64,000 nt of DNA from an uncultured Gemmatimonadaceae bacterium (GTDB lineage: Bacteria > Gemmatimonadota > Gemmatimonadetes > Gemmatimonadales > Gemmatimonadaceae), in assembly GCA_963761305.1 (NCBI GenBank), contig CAVXGK010000001.1:608001-672000 (forward strand), read 5' to 3'. Position numbers and translations under genes: made by a program. This document shows positions 12,305 to 21,763 of the stretch, one piece after another. Numbering within the stretch: the stretch's first letter is position 1; every line of letters starts with the position of its first letter. The notes beneath the pieces were generated by a model, which saw only the letters and a program-made list of their open reading frames with translations, was not told the origin of the DNA and searched no databases.

Positions 12305-12340
12305 AAAACGGCGGCGGACTTCGGTCCGCCGCCGTTTTTT
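12305..12340. terminator. Bidirectional intrinsic terminator
   Basis: AAAACGGCGGCGGAC-TTCG-GTCCGCCGCCGTTTTTT: perfect stem, cUUCGg loop, between convergent genes. Confidence 0.92.
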
Positions 12341-12359
12341 TCGTGCGAGGTCGCCGCCG

Positions 12360-13625
12360 CTACGGCGCCACGAACAGCTGGACCAGATGCACCAGCGTCT
12401 CGGTCGTCTTCTCGAGCCCGCGGCGTGAATTGAATTCCAGCTTGCTGTGGAAGTTGTAGCCGCCCGTGAAGATGTTCGGGCACGGCAGGCCGCGGAACGT
12501 GAGCTTGGATCCGTCGGTGCCGCCGCGGATCGGTTTGATGAACGGTGACAACCCGGCGCGCCGCGCGGCGTCGAGCGCGTTGGCCGTGAGCTCGGGTCGT
12601 GACTTCAGCACCTCTTTCATGTTCTTGTAGTTCTCTTTGACGTCGATCGTCACGGTCACGCCTGGACAATGGCGCTCGGTTTCCAGCGCCATCGCGCGCA
12701 GGACGCGCTCCTTTTCGTCGAGCCCCTTCACCTCGAAATCGCGCAGCAACACCTTGACGATCGACTGCTCGACGTCCGCGACGCCCGCGTACGGGTGCAC
12801 GAACCCGACGCGGTCTTCCGTCGTCTCGGGGAGCATCTCCTTGGGCATGCGCCCGACAAAATCGCCCAGCGCGTAGATCGAGTTGACCATCACGCCCTTG
12901 GCCGTTCCGGGATGCGTGTTCTTCCCTTGGAACGTCACCGTTGCCAGTCGCGCGCTCCACGTTTCGTCGCTGATCTCGCCCAGCTCGCCGCCGTCCACCG
13001 TGTAGCCCACCTCTGCGCCGAAACGATCGACGTCGAACTTGTCGATACCGCTTCCGATCTCCTCATCGGCGGTGAAGCCGACCTTGATCGTGCCGTGCGG
13101 GATGTGTGGATTGCGGAGCAGCGTGTCGACCAACGTCATGATCGCCGCCACGCCGGCCTTGTCGTCGGAACCGAGGAGCGTCGTACCGTCGGTCGTGATG
13201 ATGTCGTCGCCGACCATCGTGGCGAGCGCCGGATTCTGCGCGACCGTCAGCACCTGTGTGCGATCGCCGGGGAGCGTGATGTCGCCGCCCCGGTAGTTCT
13301 TGTGAACCATCGGTTTGACGGCGGTGCCGCTGACCGCGGGCGACGTGTCGACGTGCGCGAGCAGTCCGAGCACCGGCGTCGCCTTGGCGCGCGCGCCGCT
13401 GACGGTCGCCGGGATCGTCGCGTACACCATACAGTGGTCGCTCACCGACACGTCGCGTGCGCCGAGCGACGAGAGCTCTTCGGCGAGTTGTCGCGCCAGG
13501 GTCCACTGCGTGGCCGTGCTCGGCGTGGTGGCCTCGTCCTCGCGCGACTGTGTGTCGACGCGCGCGTAACGGAGGAACCGGTCGACGACGGATTCCTGAG
13601 GAGGTTGCATCGATTGGTCGCTCAT
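12360..13625 (-). CDS. pepT: Peptidase T (M20B tripeptidase)
   Basis: RFLRYARVDTQS, LAHVDTSP, TDGTTLLGSDDKAG, FTADEEIG, PIRGGTDGS, NFHS. Confidence 0.95.
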   Translation of the reverse strand: MSDQSMQPPQESVVDRFLRYARVDTQSREDEATTPSTATQWTLARQLAEELSSLGARDVSVSDHCMVYATIPATVSGARAKATPVLGLLAHVDTSPAVSGTAVKPMVHKNYRGGDITLPGDRTQVLTVAQNPALATMVGDDIITTDGTTLLGSDDKAGVAAIMTLVDTLLRNPHIPHGTIKVGFTADEEIGSGIDKFDVDRFGAEVGYTVDGGELGEISDETWSARLATVTFQGKNTHPGTAKGVMVNSIYALGDFVGRMPKEMLPETTEDRVGFVHPYAGVADVEQSIVKVLLRDFEVKGLDEKERVLRAMALETERHCPGVTVTIDVKENYKNMKEVLKSRPELTANALDAARRAGLSPFIKPIRGGTDGSKLTFRGLPCPNIFTGGYNFHSKLEFNSRRGLEKTTETLVHLVQLFVAP

Positions 13626-13694
13626 GACGCTCAGAGCTACGCGGAGCGCCGCGCGGAATCAACCCTCATTGGGTTTCGCGTTACCTTCCGGGCC

Positions 13695-14255
13695 ATGGAT
13701 GTCATCGACGCAATACGCACACGCCGTTCGATCAAGCGATTCACCGACCAGCCGGTGTCGCGCGAGCAAATCGAAGCGATCCTGGACGTCGCGACCCTCG
13801 CTCCGAACCACCGTCTCACACAGCCGTGGCGATTCTACGTGCTGGGTCCCGCTGCGCGGCACGCCTACGGCATGGCCCTCGGCGAACGCAAGGCGCGCAA
13901 GCAGCCGGATCCGGAGAGCGGCCGCGCGCTGCGCGATACAGTGGCGCGCGAACACCTGGCGCTGCCCGGCATGATCGCCGTGGCGCTGGTCGAAAACGGC
14001 GACGCGGAGATCGCCAAGGAGGACTACGCGGCCGCCATGATGGCCGTCCAGAACCTCTCGCTCGCGGCGCTCGACCTCGGGCTCGGCACGCACATCAAGA
14101 CGGGCGGAGTGATGGACGACGCCGCCGCTCGATCCGCGGCGGGAGTCGCCGAGAACGAGCGAATCGTGGCCATCGTGAACGTCGGCGTGCCGGCCGATGT
14201 GCCGCCCGGAAAGAACCGAACGGCTGCGAAGGCGCTGACGACCTGGCGGGACTGA
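13695..14255 (+). CDS. Nitroreductase family protein (YdjA-like)
   Basis: MDVIDAIRTRRSIKRF, APNHRLTQPWRF, QNLSLAA..LGLG. Confidence 0.9.
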   Translation: MDVIDAIRTRRSIKRFTDQPVSREQIEAILDVATLAPNHRLTQPWRFYVLGPAARHAYGMALGERKARKQPDPESGRALRDTVAREHLALPGMIAVALVENGDAEIAKEDYAAAMMAVQNLSLAALDLGLGTHIKTGGVMDDAAARSAAGVAENERIVAIVNVGVPADVPPGKNRTAAKALTTWRD

Positions 14256-14271
14256 GGGCGACCCTCAGCCG

Positions 14272-15369
14272 TCAGCGACCTATCCGATTGAACGGCTCGT
14301 TGCCGATCGCGTACTCCTTCCACCCGTTGAAATCGAAGTGCCACCACTCCGTGGGATTCACCGTGAATCCCTGCTCCTCCATCGCCCGGCGGAGCAGAGC
14401 GCGATGCCAGCGCTCGAGCGACGTGCCGCCCGGATAATCGGCATAGGCGCGATCGGTGCTCTCGTCGTAGGTGCTCGGCATGTCCACCGGCCGGCCCGTC
14501 GACAGCCGGTACAGCGTGAGATCGACCGCGGCGCCTCGGTTGTGTTTCGAGCCCTCGTCGGGATTCGCCACCAGCCAGCGCTTGTCGGCCGGCGTCGCGT
14601 CCCAGAACATCTTGGTCACGTACCACGGCCGATACGCATCGTGGATCAGCAGACCATAGCCGAGCGGCTCGAGTGAGCGGTGCGCGCGAGCGACGGCCTC
14701 CGCCGCCGGCCGCTGCATGAACGCGCGCGGCTCGTCGTAGAAGCGCGAGCCGAGGAAGTTGTTCGTCGTCGCGTAGCGGACCTCGAGCTTGATCCCCGGC
14801 TCGAGCGCCGTGAGCTCGACGAGATCAGACTTCTTGAACGTGCCCGATTCGTGCGGCGGCGACGCGGCGAGCGCTTCGCGGCGCAGTTCCTCGACGGGCC
14901 GGACGGGCGCGACGCGGAGCTGATTCGTTCCCGCGGCCGGCTCGATCTCGCGGCGCGCGAACCGCTCGCCGCCAACGATCAGTGCGCGCGCACGGTCGCC
15001 GCGGTCCACGACGAACGAGATCGCCGCTGCGCGCCGGCCGAGCACACGCTCTTCGTTCCCTCCCCCGGGCGCGACCTCGAATTCGGTCGCGCCCCGTTCG
15101 GTCAATCGGAGCGCGTGGTGGTTCGTGTCGGCGATCCAGAGATCACCGCCGTCCTCGAGCACGAGTCGCATGCCGACGGGCGTGTCGTACTCGCCGATCA
15201 GGCCGCGCCAACGTGGCGGCGCCGCCGGCGGCGCGGGCGGCATCTCCAGCTCCCGCCGCGCGACGGCCCGCGCGTTCACCGGCCGACGAACGGCGGGCGC
15301 GCACGCGGCAAGCGTCGCCGCCGTGGCGAGCAGAATGCCTCGCCATCTGAGAACCGCCATCTGCGCCAT
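14272..15369 (-). CDS. M15D D-Ala-D-Ala dipeptidase (VanX/DdpX-like), lipoprotein with N-terminal extension
   Basis: YATTNNF, DAYRP, SKHNRGAAVD, EWWHF motifs; LAAC lipobox. Start is 15369 or 15375. Confidence 0.88.
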   Translation of the reverse strand: MAQMAVLRWRGILLATAATLAACAPAVRRPVNARAVARRELEMPPAPPAAPPRWRGLIGEYDTPVGMRLVLEDGGDLWIADTNHHALRLTERGATEFEVAPGGGNEERVLGRRAAAISFVVDRGDRARALIVGGERFARREIEPAAGTNQLRVAPVRPVEELRREALAASPPHESGTFKKSDLVELTALEPGIKLEVRYATTNNFLGSRFYDEPRAFMQRPAAEAVARAHRSLEPLGYGLLIHDAYRPWYVTKMFWDATPADKRWLVANPDEGSKHNRGAAVDLTLYRLSTGRPVDMPSTYDESTDRAYADYPGGTSLERWHRALLRRAMEEQGFTVNPTEWWHFDFNGWKEYAIGNEPFNRIGR

Positions 15370-15371
15370 GG

Positions 15372-18300
15372 TCAACGACGCTCCGTCTCTGACAGTCGCG
15401 CCAGCCGCTTGCGAACCTCGGCAACCTGCGGCTGGAATTCAGGTTCGGCGTCCTTCCAGAAGTCGACGAACGCCTGATAGTGCTTCACGGCGCGATCGCG
15501 GTCGCCCTTCGCTTCATACAGCTCGCCGAGGCGGCGTTCGATCGGCGCACGGAACATGTCGTAGCTCACGCGGAACATGTAGGTGCTCGCGCTCGACTTC
15601 TCGTAGTACTTGATCGCCGAATCAGGTTGATTCGCCTTGTCGTAGGTTCGGCCGACCAGCGTGTAGGTGCACAGGTCGCAGTCGTCGAGCGGACCATCGG
15701 GGAGGCTGTCACCCTTCCACAGATATTGAGTCGCCTCCGCCGGATGCCCTTCGGCCAGAGCAACTTCCCCGAGCACGCGATTCAGTCTGGGTAACTCGGC
15801 ACGCAGCCTCGACGTATCGCGAACGTCGCCGCTTCGTTGCGCAAGGATCGTCCTCGCTCTGTCCGCGCGGCCGGCCTGCGCGTAACCCTCAGCGACGCCG
15901 AGATAATCACGATCCGACTCGGCCGCGGACTTGATCGGGCTGATCGTCAGAGCGGAGTCGAGATGCGACACGGCGGGAACCGGGCGGTCGAGCGCGACGT
16001 TCATTGCCGCGACGTATTCCGCTTCTTGAATCGCGTTGGGCGGCAGGCCGGCCGAAGACGCGAATGCATTGAACGCCACGATTTTTTGTAGCGCCTCGCG
16101 AGGCCGGCCGCGCAACATCGCAGCCTGCGGCGCGTATAGCATCGCCTGTCCGCGCGTCTGCATGTCCCCGTGCGCCGCGAGCGAGTCCAGCACGTGCGTC
16201 ACCGCCGCGACGTCGCCGGACACTTCGTCGAGCACCATCTTCACCATCAGGAGATCCCCCGTCCGCGTCGGCGAGTCCGACTTTTTGATCGCATCGACGA
16301 CCAGGCGTCGGGCAGACGGCAAATGCCCGGCGTCGACCTCCGCGTCGACGAGATTGTCCAGTCCAACGCGCGCAGTGCCCGGAAAACGGGCCGTCGCCGC
16401 CAGCACCGACTCGGCGTCGGCCCACCGCCGCTGCGAGATCAGAACGAGGCCATAGTTGTTGAGGGCGACTTCGCTGTCGCCCGAGGCCAGCATCTGCTGA
16501 TAGGCCTCCGCGGCGCGGGCGCGGTCGCGGCCAGGCCCGGACAGGTAATACGAGCCCGTCGTCATCTCGCGTTCGCGCGCCGTCAACCGATCGCGGTGAA
16601 TGAATGCGTGCGTGAGCGCTGAATCGACGAGGCTCTGCGGGTAGGCCCCATTCATCGCGACATACGCGACACCGAGTTTGCGCCACGCCATCGCGAATCC
16701 GCTGTCGATTCGCACGGCGGCCTTCAGCTTGTCGATCGCGCTCGGCAGGTCGCGGAGGATGTCGTACGCGCGCACGCCCTCGGAGTAGAGACGCAACGCC
16801 TCGAGCGACGGGGTGGTGACCTGATCGAGCGTCGGCGCGTTTTGGACGGATCGGAGCGACTCGCCAATGCGTTCACGCAGGTCGCGGCCCACTCTGTCGG
16901 CGGCGGCGATCAAGTCCGTCGGCGAGGCGGCGACCTGCTGAACCCGCGCCAGCACCGCGCCCGAATCCGCCGACACGAGACGAACCGTGATGGCGTAGCC
17001 GTTGCCCAGCGCCGCGACGTCGCCGTCGACGATCGCCTTGGCGCCTTCGCGCTGCGCGACGTCGCGCGCCAGGGCAAGGTCGAGACGCACACCCGGAGGC
17101 TTCTGCATTCTCTGAAGCGCGCCGGCGACCGCCGCCGGCGCCATCAACGTCACCGCGTTGGACTGGGCCAAACTCGCGCGAATCGCCTCGGCGACCACGC
17201 CGCCGAGCGTGCTGTCGCCCTTCGTCACCGCGAAGTCGGTGACGAGCAATCGCTCGCGCGCCGAGATGCGCCCCGCGGCGAGGAGTGAACCCGCCGGACC
17301 GATGCCGAGCGCGCGCAGCACCATGAACGCCGCGACGACTGCGACGAACGCACCAAAGGCCAGCAATCCGCCTCGTGTCGTGCGCCGCCAACTGACGTGC
17401 GGGCTCGCCTTCATCGCGATCGTCGCCAGCGTCGAGTTGGGCGACGGCGTTCCGCCAGGCGTGAGCGTTGGCGTGCGCATGAGCGCTTGATGCGCCGTCC
17501 TCTGCACGAACGCGGTGAACAGAATGACGGGCAGTCCGAGTCCGGCGATGACCAGCGCGCCGGGAAGCACCCACGACGGCAATCCGATGCCGACGATGGA
17601 CGCTTTGGCGAGAATCCACGCGGCGACGAACACGGCCACCCAAACCATGAGCGCCGTGCCGGTCTTCACGCGACCGCCGAGGAGCACCGCCGACGCCGCG
17701 GTCGTGTTGCCGCTCGTCGTCGACAGCGATTCCAGCGCGCGAACGACGTCGGCCGCACTCGTTGGCCGCTGTGAGGGCTCCTTCTCGAGACACCGCATCA
17801 CCAACTCGGCGAGGAGCGGCGGCGTGTCTCGCCGGAGCGATGAGACGTCTTGCGGATGTTCGCCCATGTGCGCCGCGAGCAGCTTCTGCGGCGACGGAGC
17901 GACGAACGGCGGACGACCCGTGAGCAGCTCGTACGCCACGCAGCCGAATGAGTAAAGATCGGCGCGGGCGTCAGTCGCGGGATCGGCGGCGGCCTGCTCC
18001 GGCGCCATGTATGTCGGCGTGCCGAGCGACGTGCCGACCTGCGTCAGCGATCCGCGCGTCGTGCCGACGTCGCCCGCGGTGCGCGACGCCGAAAGGGCTT
18101 TGGCGATGCCGAAGTCGGTGACGACGGCGGTGCCGCCGGTGAGGAGCACGTTGTCCGGCTTGATGTCCCGATGCACGACGCCGCTGTCGTGCGCGTACGC
18201 GAGCGCTTTGGCGACCTCGCGCAGCGTGCTTACGGCCTCGCCGATCGGAAGTGGTCCCCTCGTTACGCGCTGGCGAAGCGACTCCCCTTGCACGAACGGC

Positions 18301-18575
18301 ATGGTGAACCAGGGCACGCCGTCCATCTCGCCCGAGGCGAGCACCGGGACGATGTGCGGATGCTGGAGGCCGGCGGCGACGAGAATCTCCCGTCGAAAGC
18401 GCTCGACGTTGACGCCTGCAATCAGTTCCGGCGGCAACACCTTGATCACGACGTCGCGCCGCAACGCCGTATCGCGCGCCACGAAGACGCGCGACATACC
18501 ACCGCCGCCGAGCTCGCGTTCGATCGTGTACGCGCTACCCAGCGCAGCCTGAAGGTGGTCGCGGAGGTCGGTCAC
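15372..18575 (-). CDS. Membrane Ser/Thr protein kinase with C-terminal TPR-like repeats
   Basis: GGGGMS, VIK, HRDIKPDN, DFG, GTPTYMAPE; TM segments, then helical repeats. Confidence 0.93.
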   Translation of the reverse strand: MTDLRDHLQAALGSAYTIERELGGGGMSRVFVARDTALRRDVVIKVLPPELIAGVNVERFRREILVAAGLQHPHIVPVLASGEMDGVPWFTMPFVQGESLRQRVTRGPLPIGEAVSTLREVAKALAYAHDSGVVHRDIKPDNVLLTGGTAVVTDFGIAKALSASRTAGDVGTTRGSLTQVGTSLGTPTYMAPEQAAADPATDARADLYSFGCVAYELLTGRPPFVAPSPQKLLAAHMGEHPQDVSSLRRDTPPLLAELVMRCLEKEPSQRPTSAADVVRALESLSTTSGNTTAASAVLLGGRVKTGTALMVWVAVFVAAWILAKASIVGIGLPSWVLPGALVIAGLGLPVILFTAFVQRTAHQALMRTPTLTPGGTPSPNSTLATIAMKASPHVSWRRTTRGGLLAFGAFVAVVAAFMVLRALGIGPAGSLLAAGRISARERLLVTDFAVTKGDSTLGGVVAEAIRASLAQSNAVTLMAPAAVAGALQRMQKPPGVRLDLALARDVAQREGAKAIVDGDVAALGNGYAITVRLVSADSGAVLARVQQVAASPTDLIAAADRVGRDLRERIGESLRSVQNAPTLDQVTTPSLEALRLYSEGVRAYDILRDLPSAIDKLKAAVRIDSGFAMAWRKLGVAYVAMNGAYPQSLVDSALTHAFIHRDRLTAREREMTTGSYYLSGPGRDRARAAEAYQQMLASGDSEVALNNYGLVLISQRRWADAESVLAATARFPGTARVGLDNLVDAEVDAGHLPSARRLVVDAIKKSDSPTRTGDLLMVKMVLDEVSGDVAAVTHVLDSLAAHGDMQTRGQAMLYAPQAAMLRGRPREALQKIVAFNAFASSAGLPPNAIQEAEYVAAMNVALDRPVPAVSHLDSALTISPIKSAAESDRDYLGVAEGYAQAGRADRARTILAQRSGDVRDTSRLRAELPRLNRVLGEVALAEGHPAEATQYLWKGDSLPDGPLDDCDLCTYTLVGRTYDKANQPDSAIKYYEKSSASTYMFRVSYDMFRAPIERRLGELYEAKGDRDRAVKHYQAFVDFWKDAEPEFQPQVAEVRKRLARLSETERR

Positions 18576-18663
18576 GACGATTGATTTTGGGGAACGAGGG
18601 AGGGCACGTGGAAGCTATGGTTGGGCCGCAATGCTGTCGAGGCGTCGAGCCGTCAAGACCTCC

Positions 18664-19590
18664 TCAGCGTCGTGTCGAACGCTCGACGTCGAGCCTCAGC
18701 AGTTCCGGACGATGATAGTGGCCGCTCACGTCGAGCGTCATACGCTCCTCGCGCACTCGCCCAAGGTCGATGTCGTGCACGATCAGTCCCGGCCGATCGA
18801 AGCACGGCTCGACGACATAGCGCCCATCCGGGCCGATGATCGCGCTGCCGCCGCGCAGCACCCAATCGCTCGGCGACCGCACCTTGTCTTCGTGCGGCTC
18901 GAGCTCCGCCGGCAGCGCCGACGCACGCATCAGAGAGCCCGCGGCCAGCACGAAACAGCGCCCCTCGAACGCGTAGTGCCGGCTGGCGACTTGCAGCATC
19001 TCGTGCGCGGTCGGCCAGAGCGCGACGTGAATGTCTTCGCCCGAGTCGTGCATCGCCTGTCGCGCGAGCGGCATCCAATGCTCCCAGCAAATGAGCGCGC
19101 CCACGCGCCCGACGCGCGTTTGCACGGCGGCGAGTCCATCCGCATCGCCAAGTCCCCACACCAGTCGCTCGGTGTAGGTCGGCACGAGTTTGCGATGATG
19201 ATTCACCAACCGGCCGTCGGCGTCGAACGTGAGCACGGCGTTGTAGAGCGTGCCGTGCGATGGGCCGTTGTCGACGCGCTCCGTCACGCCGATGACCAGC
19301 ACGACCCCGTTCTCCTTGGCCGCTGTGCTCAGCGTCTCGGTGGCCGGTCCCGGAACGACGACGCTCTCCTCGGCCATGCGTCGAAAAACCCGCTTCACCG
19401 GTTCGTGATCCCACAGCGCGACGTCGCGGCAGACGTCGAGCCACACGGGATAACCGGGAAGCCAGCTCTCCGGAAACACGACGAGCGAAGCGCCGGCGTC
19501 GTGTGCCTCGCGGATCGACCGCAGCGTCGCCGCGAGACCGGCGTCGAGCGACGGTTGGACTTCGGCTTGGACGATGGCGACTCGTGTCAT
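18664..19590 (-). CDS. Nitrilase (carbon-nitrogen hydrolase)
   Basis: Catalytic triad FPES / HRKLVPT / ICWEHWMP; DVSGHY tail. Confidence 0.92.
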   Translation of the reverse strand: MTRVAIVQAEVQPSLDAGLAATLRSIREAHDAGASLVVFPESWLPGYPVWLDVCRDVALWDHEPVKRVFRRMAEESVVVPGPATETLSTAAKENGVVLVIGVTERVDNGPSHGTLYNAVLTFDADGRLVNHHRKLVPTYTERLVWGLGDADGLAAVQTRVGRVGALICWEHWMPLARQAMHDSGEDIHVALWPTAHEMLQVASRHYAFEGRCFVLAAGSLMRASALPAELEPHEDKVRSPSDWVLRGGSAIIGPDGRYVVEPCFDRPGLIVHDIDLGRVREERMTLDVSGHYHRPELLRLDVERSTRR

Positions 19591-19650
19591 GCCGCGAAGT
19601 TACGCGGGACGCGGGCTCGGCAACACGTCTTCGCCTGGCGACAAAGCGAA

Positions 19651-19686
19651 AGCCCCGGCGCTCGCGCGAATGCGAGCGCCGGGGCT
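19651..19686 (-). terminator. Probable terminator hairpin after VOC gene
   Basis: 15-bp perfect inverted repeat AGCCCCGGCGCTCGC/GCGAGCGCCGGGGCT, followed by TTCGCTTT on the minus strand. Confidence 0.7.
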
Positions 19687-19704
19687 GTGCCCAACGTCGG
19701 CCGT

Positions 19705-20505
19705 TTACGGAGCCGTCGGCTTCGAGTGTACGGCGAACACCGCGCCCTGCGGATCGCTCAGCACGGCGATGCGATCGCCGCCGGGCACTTCCATCGGTCC
19801 GGACAACAGCGTAGCGCCCGCCTGCTGCGCGCGTGCCGCGGCGGCGTCGGCGCTGTCCTCGACGGCGACGTAGTGCAGCCAGTACGGCTCGGCCGGCGAA
19901 TCGCCCGCCTTGTTCATCACGCCACCGTACGTGAATCGGTCGCGCCCGAACATCTGATAGACGCCCGATTCACCCATGTCGAAGTTCCCCTTCACTTCCC
20001 ACCCAAAGAGCTTCTTGTAGAAATCGAACGCGGCGTCGGCGTTCGTCGTGACGAGCTCGTGCCACGAGAACTCGCGAGGCTGCGGATCGTTCTCGTCGCC
20101 GATCGGCGTCGCGCTGGTGATGACGGCGAACGCGACGCCCTGCGGATCGCGCAGGATGCCGAAGCGGCCGACGTTGTCCACTGAGTTCGCCGGAACGACG
20201 ATCGTCGCGCCGAGCTCCTGTGCTCTGGCGATCGTGTCGTCGACGTTTGGGACTTCGATGTACGCGAGCCAGTTGGGCGGCGCGCCCATGTCGGCCGCCT
20301 CCTTCGTCAGCTCCATCAATCCGCCGACCGGCCGCTCGCCGGCCATGAACATCGAGTAGTCGATCGCGCTGGTGTCGTACTTCGTCGTCGTCCAGCCGAC
20401 CACTTTTCCATAGAAGTCCTTCGCGGCGTCCGGGTTCGGCGTCATGAGCTCGTGCCAGACGTAGCGTCCGCGTGTGGTGCTGGTAATCGAAGTGTCGTCA
20501 GCCAT
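19705..20505 (-). CDS. Two-domain VOC/glyoxalase family protein
   Basis: Duplicated WHEL.T....AA.DFY....GW ... DPQG..FAV units. Confidence 0.9.
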   Translation of the reverse strand: MADDTSITSTTRGRYVWHELMTPNPDAAKDFYGKVVGWTTTKYDTSAIDYSMFMAGERPVGGLMELTKEAADMGAPPNWLAYIEVPNVDDTIARAQELGATIVVPANSVDNVGRFGILRDPQGVAFAVITSATPIGDENDPQPREFSWHELVTTNADAAFDFYKKLFGWEVKGNFDMGESGVYQMFGRDRFTYGGVMNKAGDSPAEPYWLHYVAVEDSADAAAARAQQAGATLLSGPMEVPGGDRIAVLSDPQGAVFAVHSKPTAP

Positions 20506-20785
20506 TGGATCTCTCCCTCGAGCAATGTCGGTTGGCAAACGGGTGCCGGGGTTTTGAACCTGCTTCGGTTCCACGCCAGCTTCAATCCCAGCTTGCAAAA
20601 GGATTGCAAACTCGAGGGCGAGCCGTTACACGGCCGCGTTCGTCGCTCGGCACCTGCCGGGCTCGGCCGGATTTTGGATCCTTGGCGCCAACGGGAGAGT
20701 AGGAGCAAGTACGCATATCGAGGGGCTGGGCCCCGGCCACATGACTTGGGCGCTCGCCCCTTCGCATTCACAGGATGGAGTGGTC

Positions 20786-21238
20786 ATGAGAAAACTGTCA
20801 TTCATTGCGGCAATAGCCGTGTCACTGGCCGGTGCTCAGGCCGTTCACGCCCAGGCGCCTCGCGATTCGACGGCGCATCGCTGGGGCGGACGCGGAGGGC
20901 GCGTCGGACCGGGGACGATGGAGCACGCGCTCCTCAAGAACATCTCGCTCAGCGACGCCCAGAAGTCGCAGCTCGCACAGCTCCAGAAGTCCGAGCGGTC
21001 GTCGATGCAGGCCGACGCCAAGTCGGGACGCGCCGATTTCGACGCGATACGCAAGGCGCGCCAATCCGGCGACACCGTGACGGCGAATCGGCTGATGCAG
21101 GAGCAGCGCGCCAGGATGGAACAGCGATTCACGGCGCACACGGCCGCGGTCCGCGCGATGCTCACGCCCGATCAACAGAAACAGCTCGACGCGAACGTCG
21201 CCGAGCTGAAAACACATCAACTGCACCAGCGACGCTAG
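20786..21238 (+). CDS. Spy/CpxP family periplasmic chaperone-like protein
   Basis: Signal peptide; LSDAQ and LTPDQ (LTXXQ) motifs; GGAG RBS. Confidence 0.85.
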   Translation: MRKLSFIAAIAVSLAGAQAVHAQAPRDSTAHRWGGRGGRVGPGTMEHALLKNISLSDAQKSQLAQLQKSERSSMQADAKSGRADFDAIRKARQSGDTVTANRLMQEQRARMEQRFTAHTAAVRAMLTPDQQKQLDANVAELKTHQLHQRR

Positions 21239-21303
21239 TCGCCGAACATGAAGGGAACGCCGTCCGGGCTCGTCGAGGGCGGACGGCGCCGCTTACCGCG
21301 AGC

Positions 21304-21681
21304 TCATTTTGGTTTCGCGATTCCGCCGTGGCTCGAGCAGGCGCCTTGCCCGCCCTTGCTCATCGTCCCGTCGGTGCACTTGACCATCGCCGTCTTGGTC
21401 TTGCTGGACGTTTTCGCCTTGGTCGTGTCGGCCGGTTTCGGTGACTTCGGCGTGGAGGTCGCCGCTTTCGTCGTCGTCGTCGAAGCCGATTTCGTTCCGG
21501 CCTTGGTCGTGTCGGACTTCTTCACGCCGCCGTGACTCGAGCATGCGCCGCGGCCCGTCGAGGTGGAGGTCGCGCCGTCGTTGCAGGTCACGGTGCCCGC
21601 CTGCTTCACCTGCGCGCCTGCCGCCGACGTGAGACACGCGAGCGCGACGACTGAGAGGAACGCCGAAACACGCGTACGCAT
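21304..21681 (-). CDS. Secreted DUF3761-like protein with two Cys/His repeats
   Basis: Two CxDG...GACSSHGG repeats joined by a Thr/Lys-rich linker; signal peptide; AGGAG RBS. Confidence 0.8.
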   Translation of the reverse strand: MRTRVSAFLSVVALACLTSAAGAQVKQAGTVTCNDGATSTSTGRGACSSHGGVKKSDTTKAGTKSASTTTTKAATSTPKSPKPADTTKAKTSSKTKTAMVKCTDGTMSKGGQGACSSHGGIAKPK

Positions 21682-21763
21682 AGCTGATCTCCTGGTTGAG
21701 GCAGGTGGATGGTCGACGACTCGCCCTGTTCGACCTTGTCGCCGGAGCAAACGTCACACGCCG

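Noticed and set aside
14252..14268. CTGAGGG-CGA-CCCTCAG mini hairpin between convergent stops
   Set aside because: Only 7 bp with no U-tract; could be chance.
14272..15369. vanX as part of a glycopeptide resistance cluster
   Set aside because: No vanA/vanH/vanRS nearby; the lipoprotein form fits cell-wall peptide recycling.
20593..20610. TTGCAAA direct repeat / sigma54-like site upstream of the VOC gene
   Set aside because: The minus strand reads TTGCAATCCTTTTGCA, lacking the invariant GG at -24. Too weak to call.
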